From contig CBDCOX010000002.1 of NCBI GenBank assembly GCA_965219995.1, forward strand, positions 3,872,001 to 3,936,000: 64,000 nt of DNA. Direction: 5' to 3'. The position numbers and the translations under genes were made by a program. The DNA comes from Candidatus Latescibacterota bacterium (lineage in GTDB: Bacteria > Latescibacterota > UBA2968 > GCA-2709665). The notes under the pieces are model-generated. The model searched no databases, was not told the DNA's origin, and worked only from the letters and a program-made list of their open reading frames with translations. Below, one piece after another: positions 46,982 to 56,640 of this stretch (positions are counted from its first letter, which is position 1; each line of letters begins with the position of its first letter).

Positions 46982-49435
46982 TTATTCGCATTTCAAAGAA
47001 GCGACCGGATTCGCAGAGGCTGGCTTCATCGCGTGATAACCTACCGTTGCGGTTGCTATGAGCAACACAGCGCAGCCACCCCATACAAAGGGCTCCGGAT
47101 TGAGATCGACGCGATAGGCGAATCGCTGCAGCCAATTCGATGCAAGATAATATGCAAGCGGCCAGGCGATCGCGTTGGCAACGACCACCCATTTTAGAGA
47201 TGCCCTGCCGAGCAACACGACGATAGACGCAACAGATGCTCCCGAAACCTTTCTGATACCGATTTCTCTTGTCCGTTGCTCGGCAGTAAACGAGGCAAGG
47301 CCCATCAGCCCCAGACATGCGACGAAGATCGCGAGAAATGCTCCGGTTGCGAACATCTGTCCATGCCGAATTTCCCTTCGATACAGTGAATCGATCCGTT
47401 CATTGAGGAAGTGATAATTGAAAGGTCGTTCCGGCACAAACCGCTTCCAGGTTGCCTTGATAAAACCCAAAGTTTCGGATAGCTCTTCCGTTCGAACCTT
47501 CAATGACAGAAACCTCAATCTGACAGGGGATACCGATAAGACAACGGGCTCAATCCGGCGCCGCAAATCCAGATGAAAGTCTTCGATCACACCGATGACC
47601 CGTCCTTGCGACAAATGTCCCTGTCCACTCAACGACTTGCCTACCGGATCTTCCCATCCCAGGCGCCTGGCTGTCGTTTCCGTGATGATATAGCTGATCT
47701 CTGAGTTTCCACGCCAGCTCTTTGCGTCTTTATCCGAAAACGACCTGCCCGCGACAAGCCTTAAATCGAAAAATCCTATGAAATCCACGTCCACATCAAA
47801 CATCCGAACTTCAATCTCTCTGTCGTTTTCTGTCTTCAGAGTCGGCGCATAACTTCCGCTTCGAAGCCTGCCGGGGATTCCGCGCGAGGCTGTCGCCATT
47901 AAGACATTGGGATGTTTAAGAAATTCCCGCTTTACGATATCGTATTTTTTCGACAGGGCGCTCTTTTCCGCGATCATCAGCTGAGTATTATCGAAAATAG
48001 GCATGACCAACACATGATCATCATCGAATCCCAGGTCTTTATTGTCAATGAATTCCAATTGTCGATACGCGACGATCGTACAGATTATTAACAGCGTGGC
48101 GATCGAGAACTGTGAAACAACGAGTGATCGTCTGCACCAGACGGCACCCAAACCGGTCTTCGAAACTCCTCGTAAAGCGGCCGCCGGATGAAAGCCCGAC
48201 ATAAAAAAAGCAGGATAGCTGCCCGACAGTAATCCTGCAAAGAGGGCAATTCCAATCAGCCAGGCTGGCACCGTCGAATTCCTGATCAGATTCAGAGACA
48301 AACCGCCGCCAACGAACATCGTAAAGTAGGGCAATGACAGCGCAGCAATGAACAACGCGAGCAATATGGCAATGCCCGACAGAAAAACAGACTCGCCCAG
48401 GAATTGTAAAATCAGTTGATGCCGCTTCGCCCCTACTACCTTTCGCATCCCGATTTCTCGAATGCGATTTGTGGCGCGTGCCGTTGCGAGATTCATAAAG
48501 TTGATACATGCGATGACCAGAACAAAGGCCCCGATCGCAATCAATAGATACAGACCCTGTATATCGCCCCTTCCGCCTTGATGGTATCCAAAATCAACAC
48601 CTGAATAGAGGTGAATCCGTGTCAGCGGTTGAAGATGATAGAGATTCCTTGTGCCCTTATGTTCGCCCCTGTCATCACCCAGATATCTGGCGAGTGCATC
48701 GGGCAGTTTACGCTCAATTTCCGATGCGGAGAATCCTTCCGCAAGCCGCACATACGTGTGTGCGGGGGTCGTGATTCCGGATTTCTTCCAGACGTCCCAG
48801 AGTTGCTCCCTGCGAATGTAATCTGTCGGAGTCGCCGTAATGAAGTCAAATCTGAAATGAGAATTGGAGGGCATGTCCGCCAGAACGCCCGTGATTTTCA
48901 GGTCCACCCTCCCAAAGTACAGGCGTTCTGTCGTAATGGTCTTCCCAATCGGGTTCTCACGCCCGAAGTATTTCTGCGCCATTTCCTGAGTGAGCACAAC
49001 GGATGACGGTTCTGAAAGAACGGATTCAGGGTCACCGGACACGACTTCGATGCCGAAAAATTCCAGGATGTTCTCATCCGCGAGACAAAACCTCTGTCTG
49101 AATCCGGTGTCTCCGGAACTCACCCAACTGGCGACAGCCCAGAATCGCGTTGCATCTTCCACTTCTTCGAAATCTTCGCGCAGCGCCGAGGCCAGGGCGC
49201 CTTTCTGACCTGCTGACCATTGAATGCGTCCACTCGGCCACCGCGTTTCTCTCAGAATTCTGTAGACTCGGTCCGATTGCGGTCGAAACCCATCAAAGCT
49301 CAATTCAGATTGCACATAGAGTGCGATCATCAGCGCAGGGGCCATGCCAAGGGCTAACCCAATAATGATGATAAGAGTATATTTCGTGTTTCTTCCCAGG
49401 TTTCGAATTGCAAGGATGAAATGGTTCTTGAACAT
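46982..49435 (-). CDS. ABC transporter permease (MacB/FtsX duplicated type), no adjacent ATPase
   Basis: IACINFMNL, REIGMRKVVGA, GSYPA and EIGIRKV.GAS motifs. Confidence 0.92.
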   Translation of the reverse strand: MFKNHFILAIRNLGRNTKYTLIIIIGLALGMAPALMIALYVQSELSFDGFRPQSDRVYRILRETRWPSGRIQWSAGQKGALASALREDFEEVEDATRFWAVASWVSSGDTGFRQRFCLADENILEFFGIEVVSGDPESVLSEPSSVVLTQEMAQKYFGRENPIGKTITTERLYFGRVDLKITGVLADMPSNSHFRFDFITATPTDYIRREQLWDVWKKSGITTPAHTYVRLAEGFSASEIERKLPDALARYLGDDRGEHKGTRNLYHLQPLTRIHLYSGVDFGYHQGGRGDIQGLYLLIAIGAFVLVIACINFMNLATARATNRIREIGMRKVVGAKRHQLILQFLGESVFLSGIAILLALFIAALSLPYFTMFVGGGLSLNLIRNSTVPAWLIGIALFAGLLSGSYPAFFMSGFHPAAALRGVSKTGLGAVWCRRSLVVSQFSIATLLIICTIVAYRQLEFIDNKDLGFDDDHVLVMPIFDNTQLMIAEKSALSKKYDIVKREFLKHPNVLMATASRGIPGRLRSGSYAPTLKTENDREIEVRMFDVDVDFIGFFDLRLVAGRSFSDKDAKSWRGNSEISYIITETTARRLGWEDPVGKSLSGQGHLSQGRVIGVIEDFHLDLRRRIEPVVLSVSPVRLRFLSLKVRTEELSETLGFIKATWKRFVPERPFNYHFLNERIDSLYRREIRHGQMFATGAFLAIFVACLGLMGLASFTAEQRTREIGIRKVSGASVASIVVLLGRASLKWVVVANAIAWPLAYYLASNWLQRFAYRVDLNPEPFVWGGCAVLLIATATVGYHAMKPASANPVASLKCE

Positions 49436-49480
49436 ATCGTCCTGTCAGCAATCATGCAGGCCTGTGCGGTGTTCAGACCA

Positions 49481-50245
49481 TCAAAGCCTGATACAGGCAT
49501 CTATTGCCAACCGCAAAAGCGCCTCTCTGGCAGAGTTCTCTCTACCCATTTCTCTGGGATCCCACTCCGTGCTGCTGACGTCGTCCGATCCGTACAATAC
49601 CTGCGCCAACTGTACGCCGCGGAAACGGGCGACCGCAAAGAACGCTGCCGCCTCCATTTCAACTGTGACACACCCTTCGCTGCGTCGTTTCGCGACCTTT
49701 GACCGGGTCTCCCGATAGAATGCGTCCGTTGTCCACGTCTTGCCTTCCACGTAGCAGCATCCGTGTTCATCGAGGGACACCCTGATCGCGTCGAGGGCTT
49801 TCGGCGTCGGTTTGACTTCACGGGCCGGCGGCAGGTAGTGGTAGGATGTACCTTCGTCCCGCAAGGCGGACGTCGGGACAACGATATGTCCGCTCGCTAT
49901 CGACTGATCGAGGACTCCGGCGCTTCCGCACACGATAAATTTTCGGCCGCCGCGAGCAATGATTTCCTCGAGACAACCCGCGGCGAGCGGGGCGCCGACC
50001 GCACCGGCAAGAATCGCCAGACTCTGCTCGTCATGTGTGCCTGAATAGACGGGAATCTCGCCCATGACACACTTGACCGGGCGCAATGGCCGGAGATCAA
50101 GTCGTTGTTTCGCCTGTTCGATTGTCTTTGGAAAGTAGCAGACGACGCAGCGCTCGGGAACGTCTCGATGTTTGATTGCTTTCGACGGCTCGATGACGGC
50201 TTCCCGTTCCTCGTCGAACTCAAGAATTGGAAATGAAGTCGGCAT
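49481..50245 (-). CDS. Nucleoside (uridine-like) phosphorylase
   Basis: GAP, RDEGTSYHY, WTTDAFYRET and VEMEAA motifs. Confidence 0.9.
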   Translation of the reverse strand: MPTSFPILEFDEEREAVIEPSKAIKHRDVPERCVVCYFPKTIEQAKQRLDLRPLRPVKCVMGEIPVYSGTHDEQSLAILAGAVGAPLAAGCLEEIIARGGRKFIVCGSAGVLDQSIASGHIVVPTSALRDEGTSYHYLPPAREVKPTPKALDAIRVSLDEHGCCYVEGKTWTTDAFYRETRSKVAKRRSEGCVTVEMEAAAFFAVARFRGVQLAQVLYGSDDVSSTEWDPREMGRENSAREALLRLAIDACIRL

Positions 50246-50367
50246 ATCTGGCGCGGTCCTGTTGACTTCTGCGTGTGTTGAATTCTTGCGTCAACTCCAC
50301 TGTATCGGCGCTCGCGTTATCCGCCGCTGCGTTTGCGGATGGCGGAAATGTCAATGCCGGCCCGGCG

Positions 50368-51006
50368 TCACTCTCCGAGGCGTTTCAATATCGCGCTGGC
50401 GACCTGATCTGCCAGACGCTCGGAACCCTCTTGTGTGAAGTGCACGTTTTGCGGCAGCTGAATATCCTTCAGTCGCGGCAGAGCGAAGGCATAGAGATCG
50501 TTGACCGTAATGCCAGACTGGTTGACAATCTCCATGGCGGCGGCGTTGTACACCGCTGCGTCTCCCTGCTTTCGGCCGTTTGCGCCCGCCGGAACGGGCG
50601 TCGTTGTCGCCCAGATCAACTTTGCACGCGTCGCCTTCAGCCTCTCCACCAGCGTACCCAGGTTTTCCCTGTACTGTTCGATGGACGTCAACGGACCACC
50701 GCCGTTCGGGTCGTCGAGTCTGCCCTCGGCATCCACATATTTCAGGTCGTGCAGACCCCAGTTGAAATGGATGACGTCCCATTTCCGGTTGCCCAGCCAT
50801 TCGTCCATTTGCGCCTGCCCCCGGCTCGTCGGTCCGCAATTGTCAGCCGGGCGGTGGACGTTCGCTCTGCCTGCAAGGCGTTCCCGGGTTGGAATCGTAT
50901 ACCCCATCGAGATCGAGTCTCCGATCAGGAGCACGTCCGGCAGGCTCGGGTCTCCGGTTATCTCGACAAATGAAGGATGGCGTTCGGCGGCGTTCGTATT
51001 CCGCAT
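50368..51006 (-). CDS. SGNH/GDSL hydrolase
   Basis: IGDSIS, FNWGLHD and NVHF motifs. Confidence 0.9.
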   Translation of the reverse strand: MRNTNAAERHPSFVEITGDPSLPDVLLIGDSISMGYTIPTRERLAGRANVHRPADNCGPTSRGQAQMDEWLGNRKWDVIHFNWGLHDLKYVDAEGRLDDPNGGGPLTSIEQYRENLGTLVERLKATRAKLIWATTTPVPAGANGRKQGDAAVYNAAAMEIVNQSGITVNDLYAFALPRLKDIQLPQNVHFTQEGSERLADQVASAILKRLGE

Positions 51007-51159
51007 CTGGATCCCCCTGGCGTGAATTCGACCGAAAAGCATAAAACACAGCGTACACGGATGGACAGGATGTGCAGGATAAAGACCAGCAGCAGTAAAC
51101 CGCGTGAATCGCGTCGGCCGTACATGAGATTCCGGCTCCCGTATCCAGGTCGGATCGCG

Positions 51160-51813
51160 TCAGTTATAATGCCGGATTTTTGGATCTCTGAATCGAGCAA
51201 CCGTACGGTGCCCCCAGGTGCCCAGCGCAACCGCTCCGTTCGGATTCGTTTCGAGCGTCAACCGGTTGACGAGTTCACCATTTACATAGGTGGTAACGGA
51301 ATGTCCTCGAACTGCCACAACAAGATCGTATTCCCGTCCTTGCTCGAGCGCCAGGTTGACAACGTCGAGCTTGGTGACGCCGCGTTTACCGCGCTCGTAG
51401 GCGCTGATCGCCAGCGCCTTCCAGCCGCCGAGATAATCGACCATATACTCCCGGCTCTCGTCGGTTATGCCGAAGCGGATCTGCACGTTGGCGCCCCTTA
51501 CCGGCGTAACCTGGACCTTGAACTCATAGTGTGACCAGGAACTGTCTCCCTGGACGAGTCTGGTGGCTGCATCCTGTCCACCCGCTCTCGCGATTATCGT
51601 GTCACCTTCCCGGGACCACACCTTTTCGTCTCCTGGCCTCCAGCCCTCCAGTCCGTCTCCCGTCAGCATCGACTCCCAATGGATCCTGCCCGTCATGCCG
51701 CCAATCCGGGAGCGGCCGTAATCTTCCTCCGATCCCGGCTGTTCATCCGCGGCTTCCGGTGACACGATGGATAGCAGGAAATAAGTCAGAATGAAATATG
51801 CGGACATTGTCAT
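51160..51813 (-). CDS. DUF1080-like (3-keto-glycoside hydrolase-like) secreted protein
   Basis: Signal-like N-terminus, L.GW, YVNG.LV and FRD.KI motifs. Confidence 0.65.
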   Translation of the reverse strand: MTMSAYFILTYFLLSIVSPEAADEQPGSEEDYGRSRIGGMTGRIHWESMLTGDGLEGWRPGDEKVWSREGDTIIARAGGQDAATRLVQGDSSWSHYEFKVQVTPVRGANVQIRFGITDESREYMVDYLGGWKALAISAYERGKRGVTKLDVVNLALEQGREYDLVVAVRGHSVTTYVNGELVNRLTLETNPNGAVALGTWGHRTVARFRDPKIRHYN

Positions 51814-51892
51814 AGACTTCCCTCCGGGTTGATATTGGCTCGGTGGCAGGCGGACGGACTTCGTACAAATGGGCCCGGCAGTGTTTTCTTTT

Positions 51893-52930
51893 TCAGAGGT
51901 CCTCCATCCATTCGAGGACGAACGGTTCGCCTTCGAGATATTTCCGGCAGGCGGCTTCCACGAAACGGGGTATTTTCGAGAAATCTTCTCCAGGATTCTC
52001 CGTACGCCAGGATAGGAGTCGAATGCAGGACTCGATATGGAAACTTTCGATTATTCGCAGATGGTTATCTGGAAGATTGTGCTGCCGTTCGTACCCGTCC
52101 AGAAAAGCCTGGCATCGCGCCGGACTCATCGGATTTACGACGAAGCACCATCCAACGTCTGCCAGTAAATGCCCGAACCGACACCAGTCGAAATCAATCG
52201 GACGGATCTCGCCCAGATGTACGATGCAATTGCCGCATGAGAAATCTCCGTGAAGCAGTCCCCGGGATTTCGGTGATCCGTTCATTTTCGCGATGTGCTC
52301 GATAATCTGGCGCACAGTCAGTTCCAGAACCGCGAAATCATCGGTGGCGATCCGTCCGTCCTCTGCGGCCGGACGTAAGCGGTTCAGGTCGAGTTGCAGG
52401 TCTTCATGTTCGCTCCCGGGACGAAAGAAGCCTTCGGGAAGGGTCCACTGACTGCCGTGCCGGTGGATTTTGCCGAGGACCGTTCCGACGTTGTAAAGTG
52501 TTTCCGATGGCAGGTCAACGAACACCTCTTCTCCGTAGTTGTCCCAGACCAACTCGCCGTCAATCCAGCGAAGAAGGGTCACAAGAAGGGACTGATTGCC
52601 ATCGGACGGGACGTCTGTGATGAGATCGCCTGACAGATTGCGGACGGGTTTCTGTATGACCAGATCGGTGTCGCGGTCCAGGGCTTCGAGCCAGAGAAGG
52701 TGGGACCGGATTGCTGTTCGATAATCATGGATGTCACCGTCTCCCCTGGCATAATACACGGTGACGAGCCAACTCCCGGATGCGCCGTCCGCACGGAACT
52801 TGACCATTCGGTAGCCGGAAAAGCCTATATGGCCCATTGGTTTGCGCGCGTCGATGCGGACTTCCCCTGTATCGTAGTTTTCCAGGGCCCGATCGGCAGC
52901 GTGCAGGTAATGCTGAAGATGCTCGCACAT
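51893..52930 (-). CDS. APH-family phosphotransferase
   Basis: LLHGDF...N and IDFDWC motifs. The ORF track start extends into a repeat, so ATG 52930 was chosen. Confidence 0.82.
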   Translation of the reverse strand: MCEHLQHYLHAADRALENYDTGEVRIDARKPMGHIGFSGYRMVKFRADGASGSWLVTVYYARGDGDIHDYRTAIRSHLLWLEALDRDTDLVIQKPVRNLSGDLITDVPSDGNQSLLVTLLRWIDGELVWDNYGEEVFVDLPSETLYNVGTVLGKIHRHGSQWTLPEGFFRPGSEHEDLQLDLNRLRPAAEDGRIATDDFAVLELTVRQIIEHIAKMNGSPKSRGLLHGDFSCGNCIVHLGEIRPIDFDWCRFGHLLADVGWCFVVNPMSPARCQAFLDGYERQHNLPDNHLRIIESFHIESCIRLLSWRTENPGEDFSKIPRFVEAACRKYLEGEPFVLEWMEDL

Positions 52931-52960
52931 AAGCTCGGGAGCCCGTTTGACGCTCGAATG

Positions 52961-53193
52961 ACTCCCGCCTTGAGGGGGAGTCGCAGAAGCCGAGCCGATC
53001 CGCTGGCTCGTCGAAGGGCTATTGAATAGCGGGCATTTCGACAAGCTCAATGACCACGCGTAATTTAGTTCATTGGACGTCATGAAGCCGCTGGCAGGAG
53101 ACCCATAGCCTGCCCTGAACCGTTGTCCTGAGCCTGCTGTAAGGATTGTCGAAGGGTCGAAGGGCCGGCGACGGCTGATGCGGTGGGGGGATT
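52961..53193. repeat. Composite REP-like cluster
   Basis: CCTTGAGGGGGAGTCGCAGAAGCCGAGCCG...TTCGACAAGCTCA...GTCGAAGGG...GGCTGATGCGGTGGGGGGATT. Confidence 0.8.
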
Positions 53194-53274
53194 GCAACAC
53201 CTTTTTGTTCACTTGCACCTTGAAAAAACATCAACGCGTTTTGCGGAGAGGTCTTTCTGTAAGACCCCAAATCC

Positions 53275-53949
53275 CTATTGCCTGCGTCCCACCAGGAGCG
53301 TAATGGGCGGATCCTGCCACGTGCATTCGGCAACGAATCCTGTCTCACGCATCGCGGCGAGCTCTTCTTCGACCGGGAAGTAGGTGTCTTCGGAGGACCA
53401 CTCATCGAAGTGCTTGTGGGCGCGCTGTTCGTCAATGCCGCGGGAAACCAGGTGGGCCGCCCAGATGCGGTAGGTCTGCTCGCGTTCCCCCTGGTCGGCG
53501 CTCATCGTCACGTCCCCGTTCACGAAAAGACCACCGCGGCGGAGCACCCGGTAGATGTGCTCGTACAGGGCGCGCTTGCGATCCATCAGGGGAATGTGAT
53601 GCAGGGCCAGGGAAGCGGCCACGGCATCGCATGGGGGCAGCGGCGCGTCGAACGAACATTCGCGGAAACGCGCACGGGACCCGAACCGTTTGAGCCGGGC
53701 GCGCGCCCGTTCCAGCATCTCCGGATCGACGTCGATGGCTTCAACGGTTTCCACGACGTCGTGTTCGAGCAGCACCTCGGCCAGCGCGCCCGTACCCGCG
53801 CCCAGGTCCAGCACCAGGGCGGGGCGGATGGCAGCGACCTCACGGGCGATCCGGTTCAATCCCTCTTCGTATCCCGGGATGAACCTCCGGATCGTCTCGT
53901 CGTAGGCATCGATCTCAAGTCGAAGATGATTTCGAACGGAGTGACTCAT
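53275..53949 (-). CDS. Class I SAM-dependent methyltransferase (CmoA-like)
   Basis: LDLGAGTG, SLALHH and L..GG.F motifs. Confidence 0.88.
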   Translation of the reverse strand: MSHSVRNHLRLEIDAYDETIRRFIPGYEEGLNRIAREVAAIRPALVLDLGAGTGALAEVLLEHDVVETVEAIDVDPEMLERARARLKRFGSRARFRECSFDAPLPPCDAVAASLALHHIPLMDRKRALYEHIYRVLRRGGLFVNGDVTMSADQGEREQTYRIWAAHLVSRGIDEQRAHKHFDEWSSEDTYFPVEEELAAMRETGFVAECTWQDPPITLLVGRRQ

Positions 53950-53968
53950 TTTCGGATATTGATCCGTA

Positions 53969-55159
53969 TCAGTCCTTGTACGGATCGAACACGTCAGCAC
54001 CGGCCATAGCCACTCCCAACGGCGTCAACGTGTGCATCACGTCAATACAACCCTCGTGGTTCTCGATCACATCGTCAATGCGGCGATAGCAGTGCGGGCT
54101 TTCGTCCGTTCCGCCACCCCTCAACTGAACGCCCATAGGACGTATCCACTCGTGCATCATATCCATCGAAATCTCACCTGGCTTTTTCAAAATACGGCGC
54201 CCGCGCCTACGCCTCCACTTGCCCGCCGCCCGCGTACGGCTCATCACACGCCCCGCCCCGTGGATCGTCGAATACAACGCCTGCTTGTTCTCGTCAGTAT
54301 CCTTGCCGCGAATGATGTAGCTCTTGTCTCCCATCGAACCTCCAACGAAAGACCACTGACCGGGGAAGGAAGGCGTGGAACCCTTACGGACGACGTGATA
54401 CGTCTGGCCGTTGTGTTCCTCTTCCCACGAAAAGTTGTGGTGATTATTAACAACATCTTCCACCACGCCGCCGATAATGTGGGCCGCCTTGCCACAGACC
54501 CACTTGCGACCCTTCTCCGCCAGAAGACCGGCCAGTTCCATGCACGCCCTGTACTCCCGGCCCAGGTCCGAGTCAACATCCAACAACGCGGGAGCCACGT
54601 GCATACCGTCCTCACCGCCTGCCGCCTTGATGTAATGCGTGGCGATCTTGTGGCCGAAGCCCCGCGAACCGAAGTGAACGCCTACCCACACGCGACCTTC
54701 CTCGTCTTCAAAAACGTCCACGTAATGATTGCCGGAACCCACTGTGCCAAGCTGGCCCTCCGCCAGTCGCTTCAGGGTCTTCGCCGGCTCGATGTCCCAC
54801 GCCGGGTGGCCGCCATGCTCGAAGATCGGATCGTCGACCGTCTCTTTGTTCTTCATACCTATCCCGAACGAGATTTCGTCAAATATCGTATCCATGATCG
54901 CGGCAATGTTCGCCTTCACGTGGCCAAGCGGAGAATCGAGGCGTACGGCCGTGTTGCCGCAACCTATGTCGAAACCAACACCCGATGGAGAAACCTTGTC
55001 AGGATACGCTACAACGCCACCGATGGGCATCGAGTATCCCACGTGATGATCTGCCATAAGGGCAGCGACAGAACCCTTCGTACGGCAGCGGATGATCTGC
55101 TCTACAGCCTCGGGCGTGGGAGGCCCGAACACAAAAACGTCATCGACAATCTGTGCCAT
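53969..55159 (-). CDS. rtcB: RtcB-family RNA ligase
   Basis: MADHH.GY..PIG, VGFDIGCG, GTVGSGNHY, HFGSRG, HHN, RKG and HGAGR motifs. Confidence 0.95.
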   Translation of the reverse strand: MAQIVDDVFVFGPPTPEAVEQIIRCRTKGSVAALMADHHVGYSMPIGGVVAYPDKVSPSGVGFDIGCGNTAVRLDSPLGHVKANIAAIMDTIFDEISFGIGMKNKETVDDPIFEHGGHPAWDIEPAKTLKRLAEGQLGTVGSGNHYVDVFEDEEGRVWVGVHFGSRGFGHKIATHYIKAAGGEDGMHVAPALLDVDSDLGREYRACMELAGLLAEKGRKWVCGKAAHIIGGVVEDVVNNHHNFSWEEEHNGQTYHVVRKGSTPSFPGQWSFVGGSMGDKSYIIRGKDTDENKQALYSTIHGAGRVMSRTRAAGKWRRRRGRRILKKPGEISMDMMHEWIRPMGVQLRGGGTDESPHCYRRIDDVIENHEGCIDVMHTLTPLGVAMAGADVFDPYKD

Positions 55160-55434
55160 CATGATACCTCGTACTCTTCATGAAGTTTATCATCATCCAA
55201 CACTTCGGCTTTGTGGCCGTCTGCAACAAGCCAACTTCCTTCCGGGATTTCACAACTCAGAGTTACGCGGTGATATGATTTGTTGGTTCCGGGAATCAGA
55301 ACCCCTTTGAATTCCCCCACGAAAAACGCCGGCTCCCGCTTCGCAATCCAGTACTCTACCTCGTTCAAATTGCGTCCAAGATACCGGATTGCATCGAACT
55401 TCTTGCGGTAACGCTTTGGGTATTTAACTACAAT
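55159..55434 (-). CDS. Small phage-type hypothetical protein, start codon unclear
   Basis: The frame is open upstream of the TTG at 55368, giving IVVKYPKRYRKKFDAIRYLGRNLNEV...EGSWLV...LHEEYE. It overlaps the rtcB start. Confidence 0.6.
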   Translation of the reverse strand: MVVKYPKRYRKKFDAIRYLGRNLNEVEYWIAKREPAFFVGEFKGVLIPGTNKSYHRVTLSCEIPEGSWLVADGHKAEVLDDDKLHEEYEVS

Positions 55435-55552
55435 GTGTCACCTCAGTTCCGTACGAACCCGTAGAAGCAAAGCATGTACAATTCCGGTCGCGGGTGCCTC
55501 GGGCGGAAACCTGTTGCGATGCTGGATCAGCGGGATCCATCCACCCGATGGG

Positions 55553-56335
55553 TCAGAGATTGCCAGATTCGTCTTCACGTGGCTTTTTTTGCTCCCACCA
55601 TCGCTTCGCCGAGGTCAGGCACGCAACCCCTTTTTCGATCAGGTCCAGGGCGGTGTCCGGCCCGGGTCGCTCTTCACGGTAATGCATCAGGACGGACGCA
55701 TAGAATTCACGCATTTGTCGTCTGAGTCCGAGGTCCTCAGGAAGCGCATCGCAAGCCCGGTCCTTCGGAAGTTGCCAGGCCGATATCGGATCGTTCGAAT
55801 GAATCGTCAGCACTTGAAAGAGGACCGGCCATACTTTCGTGCACAGCAGTCTCACGTCCCTCTCGAGCCGTCCGTCCCCGTGATCGAGAAGACCCTTGCG
55901 CAGGAAGTCAGGCGACGGTTCCAGGGCGGCCAACGCTTGGCTGGCGGACGCGACAAGCTGTTCGGCGCTCGCTTCTGCCACCGGCAGGCGGCCGCGGACA
56001 ACCCGATACGTTCCGGGGACCGGGCCGTGATTGTCATCCGCCGCCTGCTGGACTGGAGTCGGGGTGCACTGGATATATCGGAACGGACGGGGGTCGATCA
56101 TTGCTAGATCACGGTGGATCCCCAGACCAAGTGTAAGCGGAAGGCATCCATCTGCATCGAAAGCGGCGGCGTCCAGAAAGAGTTGAAAGTCGATATCGCT
56201 GCATCCCGCGATGAAGCCTCCCTTGACGGCGGAACCGAAAACAATCAGTCCGGCGAACCATCCCTTCGTATGGGAATGGATGACGGCGGCCACCGATTCC
56301 ACGATATCTCCGGCTTCCTCGACCGCAAACTTCAT
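55553..56335 (-). CDS. Nucleotidyltransferase-fold protein
   Basis: FGSAVKGG...SDID (GS...DxD). Start placed at ATG 56335. Confidence 0.75.
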   Translation of the reverse strand: MKFAVEEAGDIVESVAAVIHSHTKGWFAGLIVFGSAVKGGFIAGCSDIDFQLFLDAAAFDADGCLPLTLGLGIHRDLAMIDPRPFRYIQCTPTPVQQAADDNHGPVPGTYRVVRGRLPVAEASAEQLVASASQALAALEPSPDFLRKGLLDHGDGRLERDVRLLCTKVWPVLFQVLTIHSNDPISAWQLPKDRACDALPEDLGLRRQMREFYASVLMHYREERPGPDTALDLIEKGVACLTSAKRWWEQKKPREDESGNL

Positions 56336-56380
56336 TTCAGGGATCAACCTCAATTCGAAAAAAGAAAACCGAAAAATTGG

Positions 56381-56408
56381 CCACAAAAAGCACAAAGGGC
56401 ACAAAAAG
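56381..56408. repeat. CACAAA triplet repeat
   Basis: CCACAAAAAGCACAAAGGGCACAAAAAG, with a 9-nt period like the CAGGAT family. Confidence 0.65.
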
Positions 56409-56640
56409 CATCCGTGCAAAGCGGCGTGTGTCGTAACGCGGCGACCCTGCAGTTATTTCCACACCGGGCCGAAAAGGTCGTCCAAAAGCACTCTTTTCGT
56501 TCACGTCCAGTGACCTGAAGTTTCCTGGAAATCCGATGTTAACTCGCCTTTATCAACTTGCGTATATTCGATTCAACGTCATAGAAGAATGACGAATCAG
56601 AGTCAATTCCTGTCAAAAGGCCATCACTTATCGTGAACAG

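Noticed and set aside
52931-53218. N-terminal extensions in the ORF track (also 27647-27871, 12059-12196, 39937-40188, 56336-56419)
   Set aside because: They run through repeats or neighbouring genes. Downstream starts fit the RBS or family N-termini better.
55465-55485. Sigma54 promoter for rtcB (TGTACATGCTTTGC on the minus strand)
   Set aside because: It lacks the invariant GG at -24, and no RtcR activator is nearby.
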